In this document: positions 39,451 to 49,665 of the stretch, in pieces
Position numbering within the stretch: position 1 is the stretch's first letter
Layout: every line of letters starts with the position of its first letter
Assembly (NCBI GenBank): GCA_043802485.1
Contig: JAZDKZ010000006.1
Location: 2,670-66,669, forward strand
Source of the DNA: Candidatus Aenigmatarchaeota archaeon
GTDB taxonomy: Archaea > Aenigmatarchaeota > Aenigmatarchaeia > Aenigmatarchaeales > Aenigmatarchaeaceae
DNA length: 64,000 nt
Direction: 5' to 3'
Translations under genes and position numbers: made by a program
Notes under the pieces: model-generated
What the model was told of the DNA's origin: nothing
The model's database searches: none
The model's input: the letters and a program-made list of their open reading frames with translations, nothing else

Positions 39451-39497
39451 CAAGCTGAAAACTTTTAAGCTTCTAAAATCAACTATTCTTGATTGAT

Positions 39498-41213
39498 ATG
39501 ATTAGGCAGCCTATTGTTGTGACCATCGGTCATGTTGACCACGGGAAGACCACTTTGCTAGACAAGATTAGAAAGACTGCCGTGCAATCCAAGGAAGTCG
39601 GGGGCATAACGCAGGCAATAGGCGCCACCGAAATCCCGCTGGATGTTGTGAAGAACATATGCGGGGACCTTCTGCAGAAGATGAAGATAGAGATCAAGAT
39701 TCCTGGCTTGTTGTTCATAGACACGCCAGGACATGAGGCGTTCACATCAATAAGGAAGAGGGGTTCCTCGTTAGCGGATTTGGCGATTCTTGTCATCGAC
39801 ATCAACGAGGGCATCCAGCCCCAGACTGACGAGTCTATACAGATATTGAAGGAATTCAAGACTCCATTCCTTGTTGCCGCCACAAAGATAGACAGGATGG
39901 AGGGATGGATAAGGAGCGAGGGCTCATGTTTTTTCGAGAGCTATCAGAAGCAGCCTGACTGGGTGAAGGAAAGGTTTGAGGAAAAGTTCTACAGGTTGGT
40001 CGGTCAGCTGTCAGAAAGGGGCTTCCAGTCCGAGAGGTATGATAGGGTTGACGATTTCAAGAAAACAGTATCCATAGTTCCCTGCTCAGGCGTAACAGGC
40101 GAGGGCATACCAGAGCTGTTGATGTTTCTTGCCGGTCTGGCGCAGAGTTTCTTGAAGGACGAGCTGGAGGTTTCACAGGGAGTCGGCAGAGGTTCTATAC
40201 TCGAGGTAAAGGAGCTTAGAGGATTAGGAACCACATTGGACGTCATATTGTATGATGGTGAGATAAACAAGGGAGACTGGATGATTATCGGAGGAAGAGA
40301 ACCTGTGGTCACAAAGATAAAGACCCTGATGAAGCCAAGGCCAATGAAGGAAATAAGAGTCGAGAAGCAGTTCGAAAACATCACACATGCGTCCGCAGCC
40401 TCAGGAGTGAAGATTTCAGCGCCTGGTCTTGATAATATAATCGCAGGAAGTCCTGTTGCCTTTGTTTCTGACGAGAGCCAGATAGATGAGATAAAGAAAG
40501 AGCTACAGAGCGGCATTGAGGACATTGAGTTCGAAAAACCCATAGACGGCATAATGCTAAAGGCCGACAATCTAGGCAGCCTTGAGGCTTTGATTGGCAT
40601 GTTCGAGAAGAAGGTTCCTGTAAACAAGGCCAGCATAGGAAGCGTGTTAAAGAAGGATGTCATAACAGCCGACGCGGTCAGCAACCCTTTGATGAAAGTA
40701 ATAATTGCGTTCAATTCCCATGTAGATGAGTCTGTGCTAAGCTATGCGAATGACAATAATATCAAGATTATCAAAAGCAACATAATATACAAGCTGATGG
40801 ATGAATATGAGGAGTTCGTGGAGGAGACCAAGGAAAGGATAAAGCAGGAGAAGCTGAAAACCATAACCCTGCCTGCAAAGATAAAGCTGATACCTGGTCA
40901 TGTGTTCCGTGCGAACAACCCGGCCATTGTCGGTGTTGAGGTTCTTGCCGGAAAGATAAAGGCAGGCTACAAGCTGCAGAAGGACGGCAAGGAGATAGGT
41001 TTTATAAAAACCATACAGTCTGAAAGCAAGACTCTGGAGGAGGCCAAACTAGGCGACAAGGTTGCTCTTTCGATTGACGGTCCCACTGTGGGCAGGCACA
41101 TAAGGGAGGGTGACGAACTGGCGACTCTGATTACAAAGAAGGACCTCAAGGTCCTGGAAGAGCTGAACATGAAAGAAGAGATTGCTCTAGCAAGGGATAT
41201 TTTAGGAAAATAA
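39498..41213 (+). CDS. infB: Translation initiation factor aIF5B (IF-2)
   Basis: RQPIV..GHVDHGKT, GGITQAIGA, DTPGHEAF. Confidence 0.97.
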   Translation: MIRQPIVVTIGHVDHGKTTLLDKIRKTAVQSKEVGGITQAIGATEIPLDVVKNICGDLLQKMKIEIKIPGLLFIDTPGHEAFTSIRKRGSSLADLAILVIDINEGIQPQTDESIQILKEFKTPFLVAATKIDRMEGWIRSEGSCFFESYQKQPDWVKERFEEKFYRLVGQLSERGFQSERYDRVDDFKKTVSIVPCSGVTGEGIPELLMFLAGLAQSFLKDELEVSQGVGRGSILEVKELRGLGTTLDVILYDGEINKGDWMIIGGREPVVTKIKTLMKPRPMKEIRVEKQFENITHASAASGVKISAPGLDNIIAGSPVAFVSDESQIDEIKKELQSGIEDIEFEKPIDGIMLKADNLGSLEALIGMFEKKVPVNKASIGSVLKKDVITADAVSNPLMKVIIAFNSHVDESVLSYANDNNIKIIKSNIIYKLMDEYEEFVEETKERIKQEKLKTITLPAKIKLIPGHVFRANNPAIVGVEVLAGKIKAGYKLQKDGKEIGFIKTIQSESKTLEEAKLGDKVALSIDGPTVGRHIREGDELATLITKKDLKVLEELNMKEEIALARDILGK

Positions 41214-41214
41214 A

Positions 41215-41694
41215 TTATTTCATGTGATATTCGAATGATTTTCTGTTGAATTCCTCAGAATCGTATACAGTTAGACCTTCTTCATGTAAAAGAACAAATT
41301 CTTCTATCCCACTCCTCAAAACTAATACACTGCACCTAGTACATGAAGGTTTTCCAGACGGTTTTATTTCTCCTTCCTTTACCTTTATATGATACATCCT
41401 CGAACCCTTCAAACTGTTATATCTTTCCAGTGCATCTAAAATTGCTTCTTCTTCGGCGTGATAAGCGGGGCATTTATCTTTATTTCTTTTGTCCTTCGGC
41501 CTTTCCAATGCACACGGCGGTTCACAAAGCTCCTCCATAACGGTGTTATTGTTGCCTCTTCCGATAATCTTCCCGTCCTTGACAATGACCACACCTCTTT
41601 GAGACTTTCTGCAAGTTGAATTCTTTGCCACCTCTGCTGCTTGGAGAATGAATTTCATGGCTTCTTCGGCTTCTTTTCCTTTCAAGTACCTCAT
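41215..41694 (-). CDS. dCMP/cytidine deaminase family protein
   Basis: HAEEEAI and PSCTRC zinc motifs. Confidence 0.85.
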   Translation of the reverse strand: MRYLKGKEAEEAMKFILQAAEVAKNSTCRKSQRGVVIVKDGKIIGRGNNNTVMEELCEPPCALERPKDKRNKDKCPAYHAEEEAILDALERYNSLKGSRMYHIKVKEGEIKPSGKPSCTRCSVLVLRSGIEEFVLLHEEGLTVYDSEEFNRKSFEYHMK

Positions 41695-41732
41695 AACACT
41701 TTATTTCTTCGGTAAAAATTTAAAACAGTTCA

Positions 41733-42449
41733 TCAAATGAAAAAGGGAACACTTTTTTTGTAAGCCCTGTATTTTATGAATTGCTTTGAAACTTCGTTTT
41801 CCTCTTTTCTGCAGACATCCAGGTACTTGTAGACAAGTATGGGCGTGAAAACCAGGGTTATCAGTGTAGGCCAAGCCACGAACCAGCCCCATGTCATTAG
41901 TATGAAGCCTAGGTATTGTGGGTGTCTTGAATACGAATAAATGCCTCGTGTTACAAGGCCTTTCTTGACGTTTTTGTACAACGTAATCCAGCCTGTAATT
42001 ATTAGAAGCATCCCGACAACTATTAGGGCTGCTCCGTATACCATGCCTATGTCCATGCCGAAGCCCACACCAAAGATTTCGAAGCCTGTTAGAACCCCAG
42101 GCGTCTGGGCGCCCGGGTTAAAGAAATAGCTTGATGTTAGAAGTATCGTGAGCGGTATGCCGTACATCTCTATGAAAAGCGATACGAAAAACGCCCCCGC
42201 AAGGCCGTACTCGCCCCAGTTTGCCTTTCTCCTGTAGGACAGCGGTATCATGAAGGCCATGAAAAGCGCTATGCTGATCAGCACCACATGCCACTGTTGG
42301 CTTATGACTTCCCTGATTATGTTGCCGCTGAGGTATGATGCAAAGTGCTCATAGAAGCCTGGAACGTTTAGCAGGGGCAGGAGCAAAAGCACTATGAAAA
42401 ACGCCTTGAACAAAATACCCTTAACCATGTCTATATGTTGTTTTCTCAA
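41733..42449 (-). CDS. Isoprenylcysteine carboxyl methyltransferase/PEMT family membrane protein
   Basis: LVTRGIYSYSRHPQYLG, EE...Y..Y...VP.F. Confidence 0.85.
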   Translation of the reverse strand: MRKQHIDMVKGILFKAFFIVLLLLPLLNVPGFYEHFASYLSGNIIREVISQQWHVVLISIALFMAFMIPLSYRRKANWGEYGLAGAFFVSLFIEMYGIPLTILLTSSYFFNPGAQTPGVLTGFEIFGVGFGMDIGMVYGAALIVVGMLLIITGWITLYKNVKKGLVTRGIYSYSRHPQYLGFILMTWGWFVAWPTLITLVFTPILVYKYLDVCRKEENEVSKQFIKYRAYKKSVPFFI

Positions 42450-42606
42450 TCTTTAAAATATTAGAATAAAATTGAATTATACAGATTTGTTTGAAAGAAT
42501 GAACAAAGAAGTTAGTGGCGAGGTTTAAGTTTTAAATACTTTTATTATAATTAATAAACAACCCGGATATGTGCCTAGATAAGCAAAAACTGGGAGGTAA
42601 TTGATT

Positions 42607-43164
42607 ATGGCATTCAAAATCGTAATAAGCGAACCAAAAAGCAAAAAGGCTTGGCAAATAGAAAAGGAAGTTCCATTTCTGAACGGCAAAAAGATTGGCG
42701 AGAGCTTTGACGGATCTCTGATAGGTCTTTCTGGCTTCATGATGCAGGTAACAGGCGGAAGCGACAAGGATGGAGTTCCCATGAGGCCTGATTCAGAAGG
42801 TTCTCAGAGGAGAAAGGCGCTCCTAACAAAGGGTGTGGGTTTCAGAGGCATCAAGAAAATAAGGAAGAAAAAGTTCAAGAGAGAGGGCATGAAGAAGAGA
42901 AAGCTCATAAGAGGCAACACCATTTCCGAGGACATCATGCAGGTCAACTGCAAGATAGTCAGCGGCGAGGGCGATATCCCGAAGCTCTTGGGAATAGCAC
43001 CTAAGGAAGAAGCGCCAAAAGAGGGAGAAGCACCCAAACAGGAACATCCTAAAGCAGAAGAGAAGAAGGAAGAACCAAAAGCCGAAGCTCCTAAAGAGGA
43101 GCCAAAGGTAGAAGAAAAGCCCAAAGAAGAAGCAAAGCCTGAAGAGAAGAAAGATGGTGAGTAA
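42607..43164 (+). CDS. rps6e: 30S ribosomal protein eS6 with E/K/P-rich tail
   Basis: FKIVISEP, TGGSDKDGVPMRPD, RKLIRGN..QVNCK. Confidence 0.93.
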   Translation: MAFKIVISEPKSKKAWQIEKEVPFLNGKKIGESFDGSLIGLSGFMMQVTGGSDKDGVPMRPDSEGSQRRKALLTKGVGFRGIKKIRKKKFKREGMKKRKLIRGNTISEDIMQVNCKIVSGEGDIPKLLGIAPKEEAPKEGEAPKQEHPKAEEKKEEPKAEAPKEEPKVEEKPKEEAKPEEKKDGE

Positions 43165-44353
43165 ATTCAAGAAAATAGACGAGAAGCTGATTCCAGAAGT
43201 CAATATCGGTACTCTGGGTCATGTTGATCACGGCAAGTCTACTCTGGTTCAAGCGATTTCTGGCAAGTGGCCGGCAACCCATTCTGAAGAGCTGAAAAGA
43301 GGAATCACTATCAAGCTTGGCTATGCTGATGCAACCATATACAAGTGCAAGAAATGCGATATTTTCTGCTCTACGGAAAAATGCCCCAAGTGTTCTGAAA
43401 AGGCTGAGGTTGAAAGGACAGTCTCGTTCGTTGACGCTCCAGGTCACGAGACGCTCATGGCAACGGTTCTGGCAGGCGCCAGCCTGATGGACGGTATCAT
43501 GTTCATAATAGCTGCGAACGAAAAGTGCCCGCAGCCGCAAACGAAAGAACATCTGATGGTTCTGAACATTGTCGGGATAAAGAATATTGTCATTGTCCAG
43601 ACAAAGGTGGACCTGGTCTCCAAGGAAAAGGCGCTTGAAAACTATAACCAAATCAAAGAATTTGTCAAGGGTACGGTAGCCGAAGGCGCTCCCATAATAC
43701 CTGTCTCTGCGCAGAAGAAGATTAACATGGAAGTCCTTCTAGAAACTATTCAAGAAAAAATGCCCACGCCGGCAAAGGATGCCAGCAAGCCGCCGAAAAT
43801 GCTGGTTGTCAGAACATTCGACATAAACAAGCCTGGCACTGAGATAGAAAAGCTGTGCGGAGGTGTTCTTGGCGGAGGGCTTGTGCAGGGAGAGCTGAAG
43901 GTCGGTGAGGAGATCGAGATAAGGCCTGGTATAAAGATCAAGGACCAGTGGAATCCCATCAAGACAAAGGTAATCGGCTTGCAAAAGGCTGGCAAGAACT
44001 TGGAAAAGGCTGATGTCGGTGGCTTGCTTGGGGTTCTTACAGAGCTTGACCCTGCTCTGGTAAAGACAGACTTTCTTTCAGGCTCGGTTGCTGGCAGGGA
44101 GCTGCCCCCTGTGCTTGACAAAGTGACATTCAAACCCAACCTTTTCGAGGATTCGGACCCGCTAAGGGATGGGGAAAAGCTCATGATAAACGCTGGGACA
44201 GCAAGGACGGTCGGCGTGATAAAGAATCTCAAGAACAATGTCTGCGATGTTGACCTGCTGCTTCCAATATGCGCTGCCAAGGGCGACAGGCTGGTCATAT
44301 CAAGACGAATCGCAGAAAGATGGCGACTCACCGGCTGGAGCCTTATCGAATAA
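43154..44353 (+). CDS. eif2g: Translation initiation factor aIF2 gamma
   Basis: EVNIG..GHVDHGK, HSEELKRGITIKLGY, DAPGHETLMA, PQPQT.EHL. Confidence 0.97.
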   Translation: MVSKFKKIDEKLIPEVNIGTLGHVDHGKSTLVQAISGKWPATHSEELKRGITIKLGYADATIYKCKKCDIFCSTEKCPKCSEKAEVERTVSFVDAPGHETLMATVLAGASLMDGIMFIIAANEKCPQPQTKEHLMVLNIVGIKNIVIVQTKVDLVSKEKALENYNQIKEFVKGTVAEGAPIIPVSAQKKINMEVLLETIQEKMPTPAKDASKPPKMLVVRTFDINKPGTEIEKLCGGVLGGGLVQGELKVGEEIEIRPGIKIKDQWNPIKTKVIGLQKAGKNLEKADVGGLLGVLTELDPALVKTDFLSGSVAGRELPPVLDKVTFKPNLFEDSDPLRDGEKLMINAGTARTVGVIKNLKNNVCDVDLLLPICAAKGDRLVISRRIAERWRLTGWSLIE

Positions 44354-44388
44354 CAAATTATTTAAGCTTAAATGCACAAATGATTCTT

Positions 44389-45786
44389 ATGAAAAAGTTA
44401 TTTTTATCTTTTCTAGCCATAACCCTTGTCTTGTCCCAGGTGGCTTTTGCACAGGATTTCAGCATGACAATAGAACCAACGGACATTGTGAAGCACGAGT
44501 TCCTCGCGACTCACACAGAATACATAAAACTTACTATCGAGAACCCTCTTTTCGAGAGCTGGTTCACTGTTTCTGTTGTCGGCTTTCCACAGGAATGGGT
44601 AACGGCCAAGGAATCCCTGATAAGGGTTCCCGCCTATTCGAAAGGCGAGGTCCTGATAGAGGTCAACCTGCCAAAGGACGCGCTTCCTAATATTTACGAG
44701 TACTTTTTGAAGGTCACCAGGACTAACACAGGTTCTGTGTCGGAAAGGTCCTTGTTAATTAATGTCAAGCAGGTTACTTCTGCGATACTGAGGGACATTT
44801 ACCTGAGCTGCGGCACATGCACAGACGAGGTGCTGATATCTGGCAATGTCTACAATGTCGGCTCCAAACTATTGAACAATCTGGTTATAGTTGCCAATGT
44901 GGGCAACCAGCAGAAGACGTTCCCGATAGAGCGATTGGGAGTCTTGGAGAGCAAGGAGTTCACCATGGCCTTTGACTTGGACGGCAAGAGCCCGGGTTCA
45001 TATGATGTTGATTTCGAACTGGTGGACGATATTGGCAGGATATTCTACACAGAGCAAAAGTCCTTCAAGATACCGTCCATAGAGAACATTGTCTATGACA
45101 ACGATGTTTCGTCAACGCCTTTCGGAAGCTCTGTCACCCTGACTGCGACCAACACAGGGAACATTGACGCAGAGGCAGACCTGAGTTCTGTTTCCCCAGA
45201 AGGCTGGTATTATTTTTACTCTGGTCCTAACCCGACAGGCATGATACTTGGCAAGTACTATTGGAAGACTACCATTGCTCCGGGCGAGAGCAGCAGCGTA
45301 ACCTATTCGGAGATTTACTGGCCAACTTATGTCCTGATAATCGCGGCAGTTCTTGCCGGAGTTTTCATATATTGGCAGTCCACCGCTTTGACGTTCTCAA
45401 AGAGGCTGATCACCAAAACAGACGGACACGCCTCTGTCTCGCTCCATCTGAGAAGCAGGAAGAAAGGGGTTGACGGAGTGTTTGTAAAGGACACTGTCCC
45501 TTCCCAGTTCTCCATAATGAGCAATTTCGAGTCTGTCAAGCCCATAATAAAGAAGATTGCTGACGGCGTCGAGCTGCACTGGAGGCTTGGCAAGATGGGC
45601 TCGAAAGAGGAAAGGGTCCTTCACTATACCATAAAGCCTGCCGAGAACATGGTAGGTGACGTGAAGCTGCCTGCGGCAAAGGCAAAGGGCAAGAGGCACA
45701 AGGCGCCCATCTACAAGAGGTCCAACAGGGTCTCTGTGCGCGCTGGCGGCAAGAAGAGGACTTTTTCAGTCGCTGTGAACGAGTAG
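44389..45786 (+). CDS. Secreted Ig-like-domain single-pass membrane protein
   Basis: Signal peptide, beta-sandwich-like segments, transmembrane helix YWPTYVLII..., cytoplasmic domain. Confidence 0.7.
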   Translation: MKKLFLSFLAITLVLSQVAFAQDFSMTIEPTDIVKHEFLATHTEYIKLTIENPLFESWFTVSVVGFPQEWVTAKESLIRVPAYSKGEVLIEVNLPKDALPNIYEYFLKVTRTNTGSVSERSLLINVKQVTSAILRDIYLSCGTCTDEVLISGNVYNVGSKLLNNLVIVANVGNQQKTFPIERLGVLESKEFTMAFDLDGKSPGSYDVDFELVDDIGRIFYTEQKSFKIPSIENIVYDNDVSSTPFGSSVTLTATNTGNIDAEADLSSVSPEGWYYFYSGPNPTGMILGKYYWKTTIAPGESSSVTYSEIYWPTYVLIIAAVLAGVFIYWQSTALTFSKRLITKTDGHASVSLHLRSRKKGVDGVFVKDTVPSQFSIMSNFESVKPIIKKIADGVELHWRLGKMGSKEERVLHYTIKPAENMVGDVKLPAAKAKGKRHKAPIYKRSNRVSVRAGGKKRTFSVAVNE

Positions 45787-45827
45787 CTTTTCTGAAGCAA
45801 TTTAAAGCTTTCTGACAAATATAGGAC

Positions 45828-46118
45828 ATGCCTGATGCAAAGTGCTTTACAAAAAGAGATGAGCTAGATATATGCTATCTGATAGTCGAGAAAGCAAAAG
45901 AAATGTCTGCTCATGGCGGCGCCACTAAAAACGACATGGCAAGACATGCAAAAATAAACATCACAAACCAACTTAATGACTATTTGTCGCGTCTTTTGAG
46001 TGGGAATATTCTTGAAAAGAAGGATAAGAGATACGTAGCTACTGCAGGCGGGTTGAAATTCGTAGAAACTTGCAACAAGTTGGATAACCTGTTTCCTTTG
46101 TCTCAAAGAACCGCTTGA
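45828..46118 (+). CDS. Winged-helix transcription regulator
   Basis: KRDELDI...ATK..M...A.I....YLS.L....ILEK....Y..T..G pattern. Confidence 0.7.
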   Translation: MPDAKCFTKRDELDICYLIVEKAKEMSAHGGATKNDMARHAKINITNQLNDYLSRLLSGNILEKKDKRYVATAGGLKFVETCNKLDNLFPLSQRTA

Positions 46119-46156
46119 ATAAAGTTATAAATACTTCTCCAAATAATTTTGATTAG

Positions 46157-46286
46157 CCCCAGGTAGCTCAATGGCAGAGCGATCGGCTGTAGACGAGTAC
46201 TGTAGTGCTTGTCGCTTAGCAGTCGCTCGGCAATCACCGATTACATAAGTCGGTAAAGGTTGGGGGTTCAAATCCCTCCCTGGGGA
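46157..46286 (+). tRNA. tRNA-Tyr(GTA) with two introns (46193-46235 at 37/38; 46242-46256 at 43/44)
   Basis: CCCCAGG/CCTGGGG acceptor stem (C1-G72), ATCGG/CCGAT anticodon stem, GGTTCAAATCC; both inserts have BHB-like junctions. Confidence 0.88.
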
Positions 46287-46346
46287 CTTTCTTTTTTCAA
46301 TTCCAGAATCCTTAAATTTTTATGCTGAAATTTCTAAATTAGAATT

Positions 46347-46967
46347 ATGAAATTTTACTTATCCTCGTATAGCTTAGGGAACAAAGTCCAGAAGCTGAAA
46401 AAAATGCTTTCAAAGAATAAAAAGACGGCTTTCATATCAAATGCGATGGACTATGTTGATGATATGAACAAAAGAAAACAGAAGGATCTAAGCGGTATGG
46501 AAGAACTGAGAAAGGTCGGCATGAAGCCGGAGCTTTTGGACTTGCGTGATTATTTTAATAAAAGAGAAAAGCTCAAGAGAAAGGTCAAGGAGTTCGGTGC
46601 TTTCTGGGTGACAGGCGGCAATGTCTTCGTTCTTAGGCACGCCATGAAGTTGAGTGGCTTTGATTCTATTTTGGTTGGTATGAAAAACAGAGATGATATC
46701 TTGTACGGAGGCTACAGTGCCGGCGTATGTGTGCTGGCGCCAACCCTTAGAGGTATGAATCTCATGGATTACACTGGCTTCAAACTATATAGTAAAGAAC
46801 CCGTACTGATTTGGGAAGGTCTCGGCATTCTGGATTATTCTGTTGTTCCTCACTACAAATCGGATCACCCGGAATCGAAACTGGCAGACAAAGTCGTGGA
46901 ATATATGATAGAAAATAAACTGCCGTTCAGGCCACTCAGAAACGGAGAAGTTATAATCATAGAGTGA
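46347..46967 (+). CDS. Peptidase E (S51) family protein
   Basis: VTGGNVF, YGGYSAG, VVPHY motifs. Confidence 0.85.
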   Translation: MKFYLSSYSLGNKVQKLKKMLSKNKKTAFISNAMDYVDDMNKRKQKDLSGMEELRKVGMKPELLDLRDYFNKREKLKRKVKEFGAFWVTGGNVFVLRHAMKLSGFDSILVGMKNRDDILYGGYSAGVCVLAPTLRGMNLMDYTGFKLYSKEPVLIWEGLGILDYSVVPHYKSDHPESKLADKVVEYMIENKLPFRPLRNGEVIIIE

Positions 46968-47013
46968 TATCAATATTCAGACTTGTATGGGATTTGAACT
47001 TTTGGGTTAACCT

Positions 47014-47028
47014 CTCCCTGGGGACTTT
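47014..47028 (+). repeat. 15-bp direct repeat of the tRNA-Tyr 3' end (att-like)
   Basis: CTCCCTGGGGACTTT at both 46276-46290 and 47014-47028. Confidence 0.7.
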
Positions 47029-47064
47029 TATTCTTATCAAACCACATATAGGATAGGTTACAAA

Positions 47065-47757
47065 ATGTACGAATATTTCATCTTTTCGCTGATACTGCTT
47101 GGCATATGGCTTGCCATATACATAGTGAAAAAGTCCCTGAGAAGGGAGATGCTTATAGTTAGCTGGTTCACTGCTCCAGTTGGACTAACACAACCGCTTT
47201 TTCTTGGTGTCTACTGGAATCCTTCTTCTCTGTTCAACCTCAACAATATCATAGGCTTCGACATAGAGAGCATCATGTTCTCCTTTGCGATAGGAGGAAT
47301 TGTGGCAGTTCTATACGAGTCCATGCTAAGGATAGAACACGTCAAGGTAGGCAAAGGAACCTACGACAGAGGAGGGTTTTTCCACAAGGTTGCCATAGTC
47401 TCGCCGATATTAATATTCTTCCCACTATATTTTCTGACGGACACAAACCCGATATTTTCCACTGTTTTCGCCCTGTTCATTGGCGGAGTACTTACCATAA
47501 TATGCAGACGCGATTTAGCGAAAAATACTGTAGTGGGAGGGGTACTGTTCACTGTATTATATCTGGTTTTCTTTCTGTTCGTTAACCTTGCCGATCCCAA
47601 CTTTGTGAACTATTGGAACCTGTCAGAGATAACTGGGGTGCTTGTTTTTGGTATACCTCTAGAAGAGCTCTTATTTGCTTTCGCCTTTGGTATGATGTGG
47701 TCAAGCGTCTACGAGCACACCTTCGGTTACATGATAAAGGCAAAGAGCAGAAAATAA
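47065..47757 (+). CDS. Lycopene cyclase domain-containing membrane protein
   Basis: Two internal repeats, GIPLEELLF motif, multiple transmembrane helices. Confidence 0.7.
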   Translation: MYEYFIFSLILLGIWLAIYIVKKSLRREMLIVSWFTAPVGLTQPLFLGVYWNPSSLFNLNNIIGFDIESIMFSFAIGGIVAVLYESMLRIEHVKVGKGTYDRGGFFHKVAIVSPILIFFPLYFLTDTNPIFSTVFALFIGGVLTIICRRDLAKNTVVGGVLFTVLYLVFFLFVNLADPNFVNYWNLSEITGVLVFGIPLEELLFAFAFGMMWSSVYEHTFGYMIKAKSRK

Positions 47758-47807
47758 AGCTGTCTGAAGACTGCTAATTTTATATTTCTGTTTTTTAAAG
47801 AAATAAT

Positions 47808-48119
47808 ATGGTAATCAAGAGAGTCAAGCGTCACTGGGGCATACACATGGACTACTTCAAGCTACATCTGAGGAACAGGCGCAAGGTTGCCAGATGCCCG
47901 ATATGCGAGAAGAATATCAACGAGATAAAGACCCTCATATTCTGCAGAAAGTGCGACGCAAAGTTCTCCAGATACACAGAGAAAAGGAAGAAGAATGTAA
48001 TCAACAAGATGACATCAATTCATAGCAATAAAAAGTGCTTCCTGTGCAAAGAGGAAGTGACAAAGTCAGAGAATAGGATGTTCTACTGCGCTCATTGTGA
48101 CATCTCCTTTCATCTATAA
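47808..48119 (+). CDS. Double zinc-ribbon protein
   Basis: Four CxxC motifs. Confidence 0.7.
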   Translation: MVIKRVKRHWGIHMDYFKLHLRNRRKVARCPICEKNINEIKTLIFCRKCDAKFSRYTEKRKKNVINKMTSIHSNKKCFLCKEEVTKSENRMFYCAHCDISFHL

Positions 48120-48163
48120 AAATAAACTTAAATATTTAATCAGTTCATTAAATTCTAGATTTT

Positions 48164-48505
48164 ATGACAATATTCAAAGACGTTAATTCAGAAGCATTGA
48201 AATTCTTGAGAGATAGGAAAGGTATGGTAGAATATTTTGGCACGGAGATGGATAATCCTGTCAGAAACAGTCTGATAGAGTCCGTTCTTTATGTTGGCGA
48301 TGTTCTGCAGAAGGGTTCGGGAGATATCAGCATGCTAGAGAACTATGCTCAACTTTTGCTGGATTCTGGAATAATCCAAGAAAAGGACGGAAAGATTGCC
48401 ATGTCCGAGGAAGGCAAAAAAACTTTCAGAGACCTGTATAATGCATATACAATAAGTAGGATAAAGGCTCTTTACCCTGTCCTTGAAGACCTCAAGAATT
48501 CCTGA
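48164..48505 (+). CDS. Hypothetical protein
   Basis: 113-aa ORF with TATA-like sequence upstream. Confidence 0.6.
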   Translation: MTIFKDVNSEALKFLRDRKGMVEYFGTEMDNPVRNSLIESVLYVGDVLQKGSGDISMLENYAQLLLDSGIIQEKDGKIAMSEEGKKTFRDLYNAYTISRIKALYPVLEDLKNS

Positions 48506-48626
48506 TGGGTCTTTAAATACATAATCAGCTCAATCTATAAAGTCCCAAAGGGACAGGTCAGATTCGGTTTATGAAGCTCGAAAAAAGAGATGGTTCTGAA
48601 AAAGACCAAAGAGTTGTGAATTCTTT

Positions 48627-48896
48627 ATGTATGATTTCCAAAGCCTAAACAATATATCTAAAAAGATTAAAAATGCCAAAGGTAATGGCAAGCAGCTTCT
48701 GGACACGTTTGATGGTGATTCGGAGGACCCGCCCGATTCTATTGAAGAAAAGGAAGATGTTGAAGACAAGAAAAGTGGGGTCGTCTACAAGTTGAAGACC
48801 ATTGAACCAGAGGAGATTGATTATGAGATATACAAAAGCATCTCCTACGAGCAGTTCACTTTCGACTGGGAATCTTTAAATACTTTTATAAGATAA
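48627..48896 (+). CDS. Hypothetical acidic protein
   Basis: 89-aa ORF; start uncertain. Confidence 0.4.
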   Translation: MYDFQSLNNISKKIKNAKGNGKQLLDTFDGDSEDPPDSIEEKEDVEDKKSGVVYKLKTIEPEEIDYEIYKSISYEQFTFDWESLNTFIR

Positions 48897-48903
48897 TAAG
48901 GAA

Positions 48904-49022
48904 TGGTTGCCGGCCAAAGAGTGTAGGCAAGATCCGTTCCCATCCCGAACACGGTAATGAATCTACACTTCGTTTTCGGTTGTACTATAGAAAATATGGG
49001 AAGCCGAGGGCGCTGGTTACCA
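48904..49022 (+). rRNA. rrf: 5S rRNA
   Basis: CCGTTCCCATCCCGAACACGG loop C motif; terminal helix TGGTTGCCGGC/GCTGGTTACCA; about 119 nt. Confidence 0.92.
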
Positions 49023-49321
49023 CTTTTTTTCATCTCTATAAATATTTTGGGACCTATAATTCTATTAGGTAATATGACAGTTCCAGAGGGTCTCGATAGA
49101 TGCCAGTTTGGAGCGTTTTTTGTTTCTTTAGACTCGGTTCAATATAAGCAGACTGAGAAAGAATATGCCGCAAGGGGTATCGCGAGACGGAGACGCATGA
49201 GAATTGATAGTGTTAGAAATGTGTATCTTATCAACCTTTGTAAAACCATTAGCAAGACCGTGTAGCGGTTTTCTTCAAAGAAAAGATATTTAAATAATCT
49301 TCTAAATAAAAGAATAGATAT

Positions 49322-49393
49322 GCCTCGGTAGTATAGCGGTTAGTATATGGGCCTGTCGAGTCCGTGACCTGGGTTCGAATCCCAGCCGAGGCG
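49322..49393 (+). tRNA. tRNA-Asp(GTC)
   Basis: GCCTCGG/CCGAGGC acceptor stem, CTGTCGA anticodon loop, GGTTCGAATCC. Confidence 0.95.
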
Positions 49394-49404
49394 CAGTGAT
49401 TTTT

Positions 49405-49665
49405 ATGTCGGTCACACTAAAATTGGACAAGGGGATGATAGAGAGACTTGTCGAGTGGACCGACATAGGACCTGACGATTCGAGGAACCTGACAGGCAAG
49501 GAGCTGACCCTGGAGCTGAATGACAGGGAGGTTCTGATAGAGCTGCACAAGAAGGACAGGACTATGGAAATATCTGACCTAAACGGCAGCTTTGGTATCT
49601 GGTTCAAGATCACGGACGAAAAGGTCGAGAAGTTTAAAAAGATAATTGAATTCATGGGCCCGTAA
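49405..49665 (+). CDS. Hypothetical protein
   Basis: ORF between two tRNAs; stop overlaps the first bases of tRNA-Lys. Confidence 0.6.
   Translation: MSVTLKLDKGMIERLVEWTDIGPDDSRNLTGKELTLELNDREVLIELHKKDRTMEISDLNGSFGIWFKITDEKVEKFKKIIEFMGP

Noticed and set aside
43000-43155. Repeat array at the end of rps6e
   Set aside because: Low-complexity E/K/P/A coding tail, not a CRISPR or regular tandem repeat.
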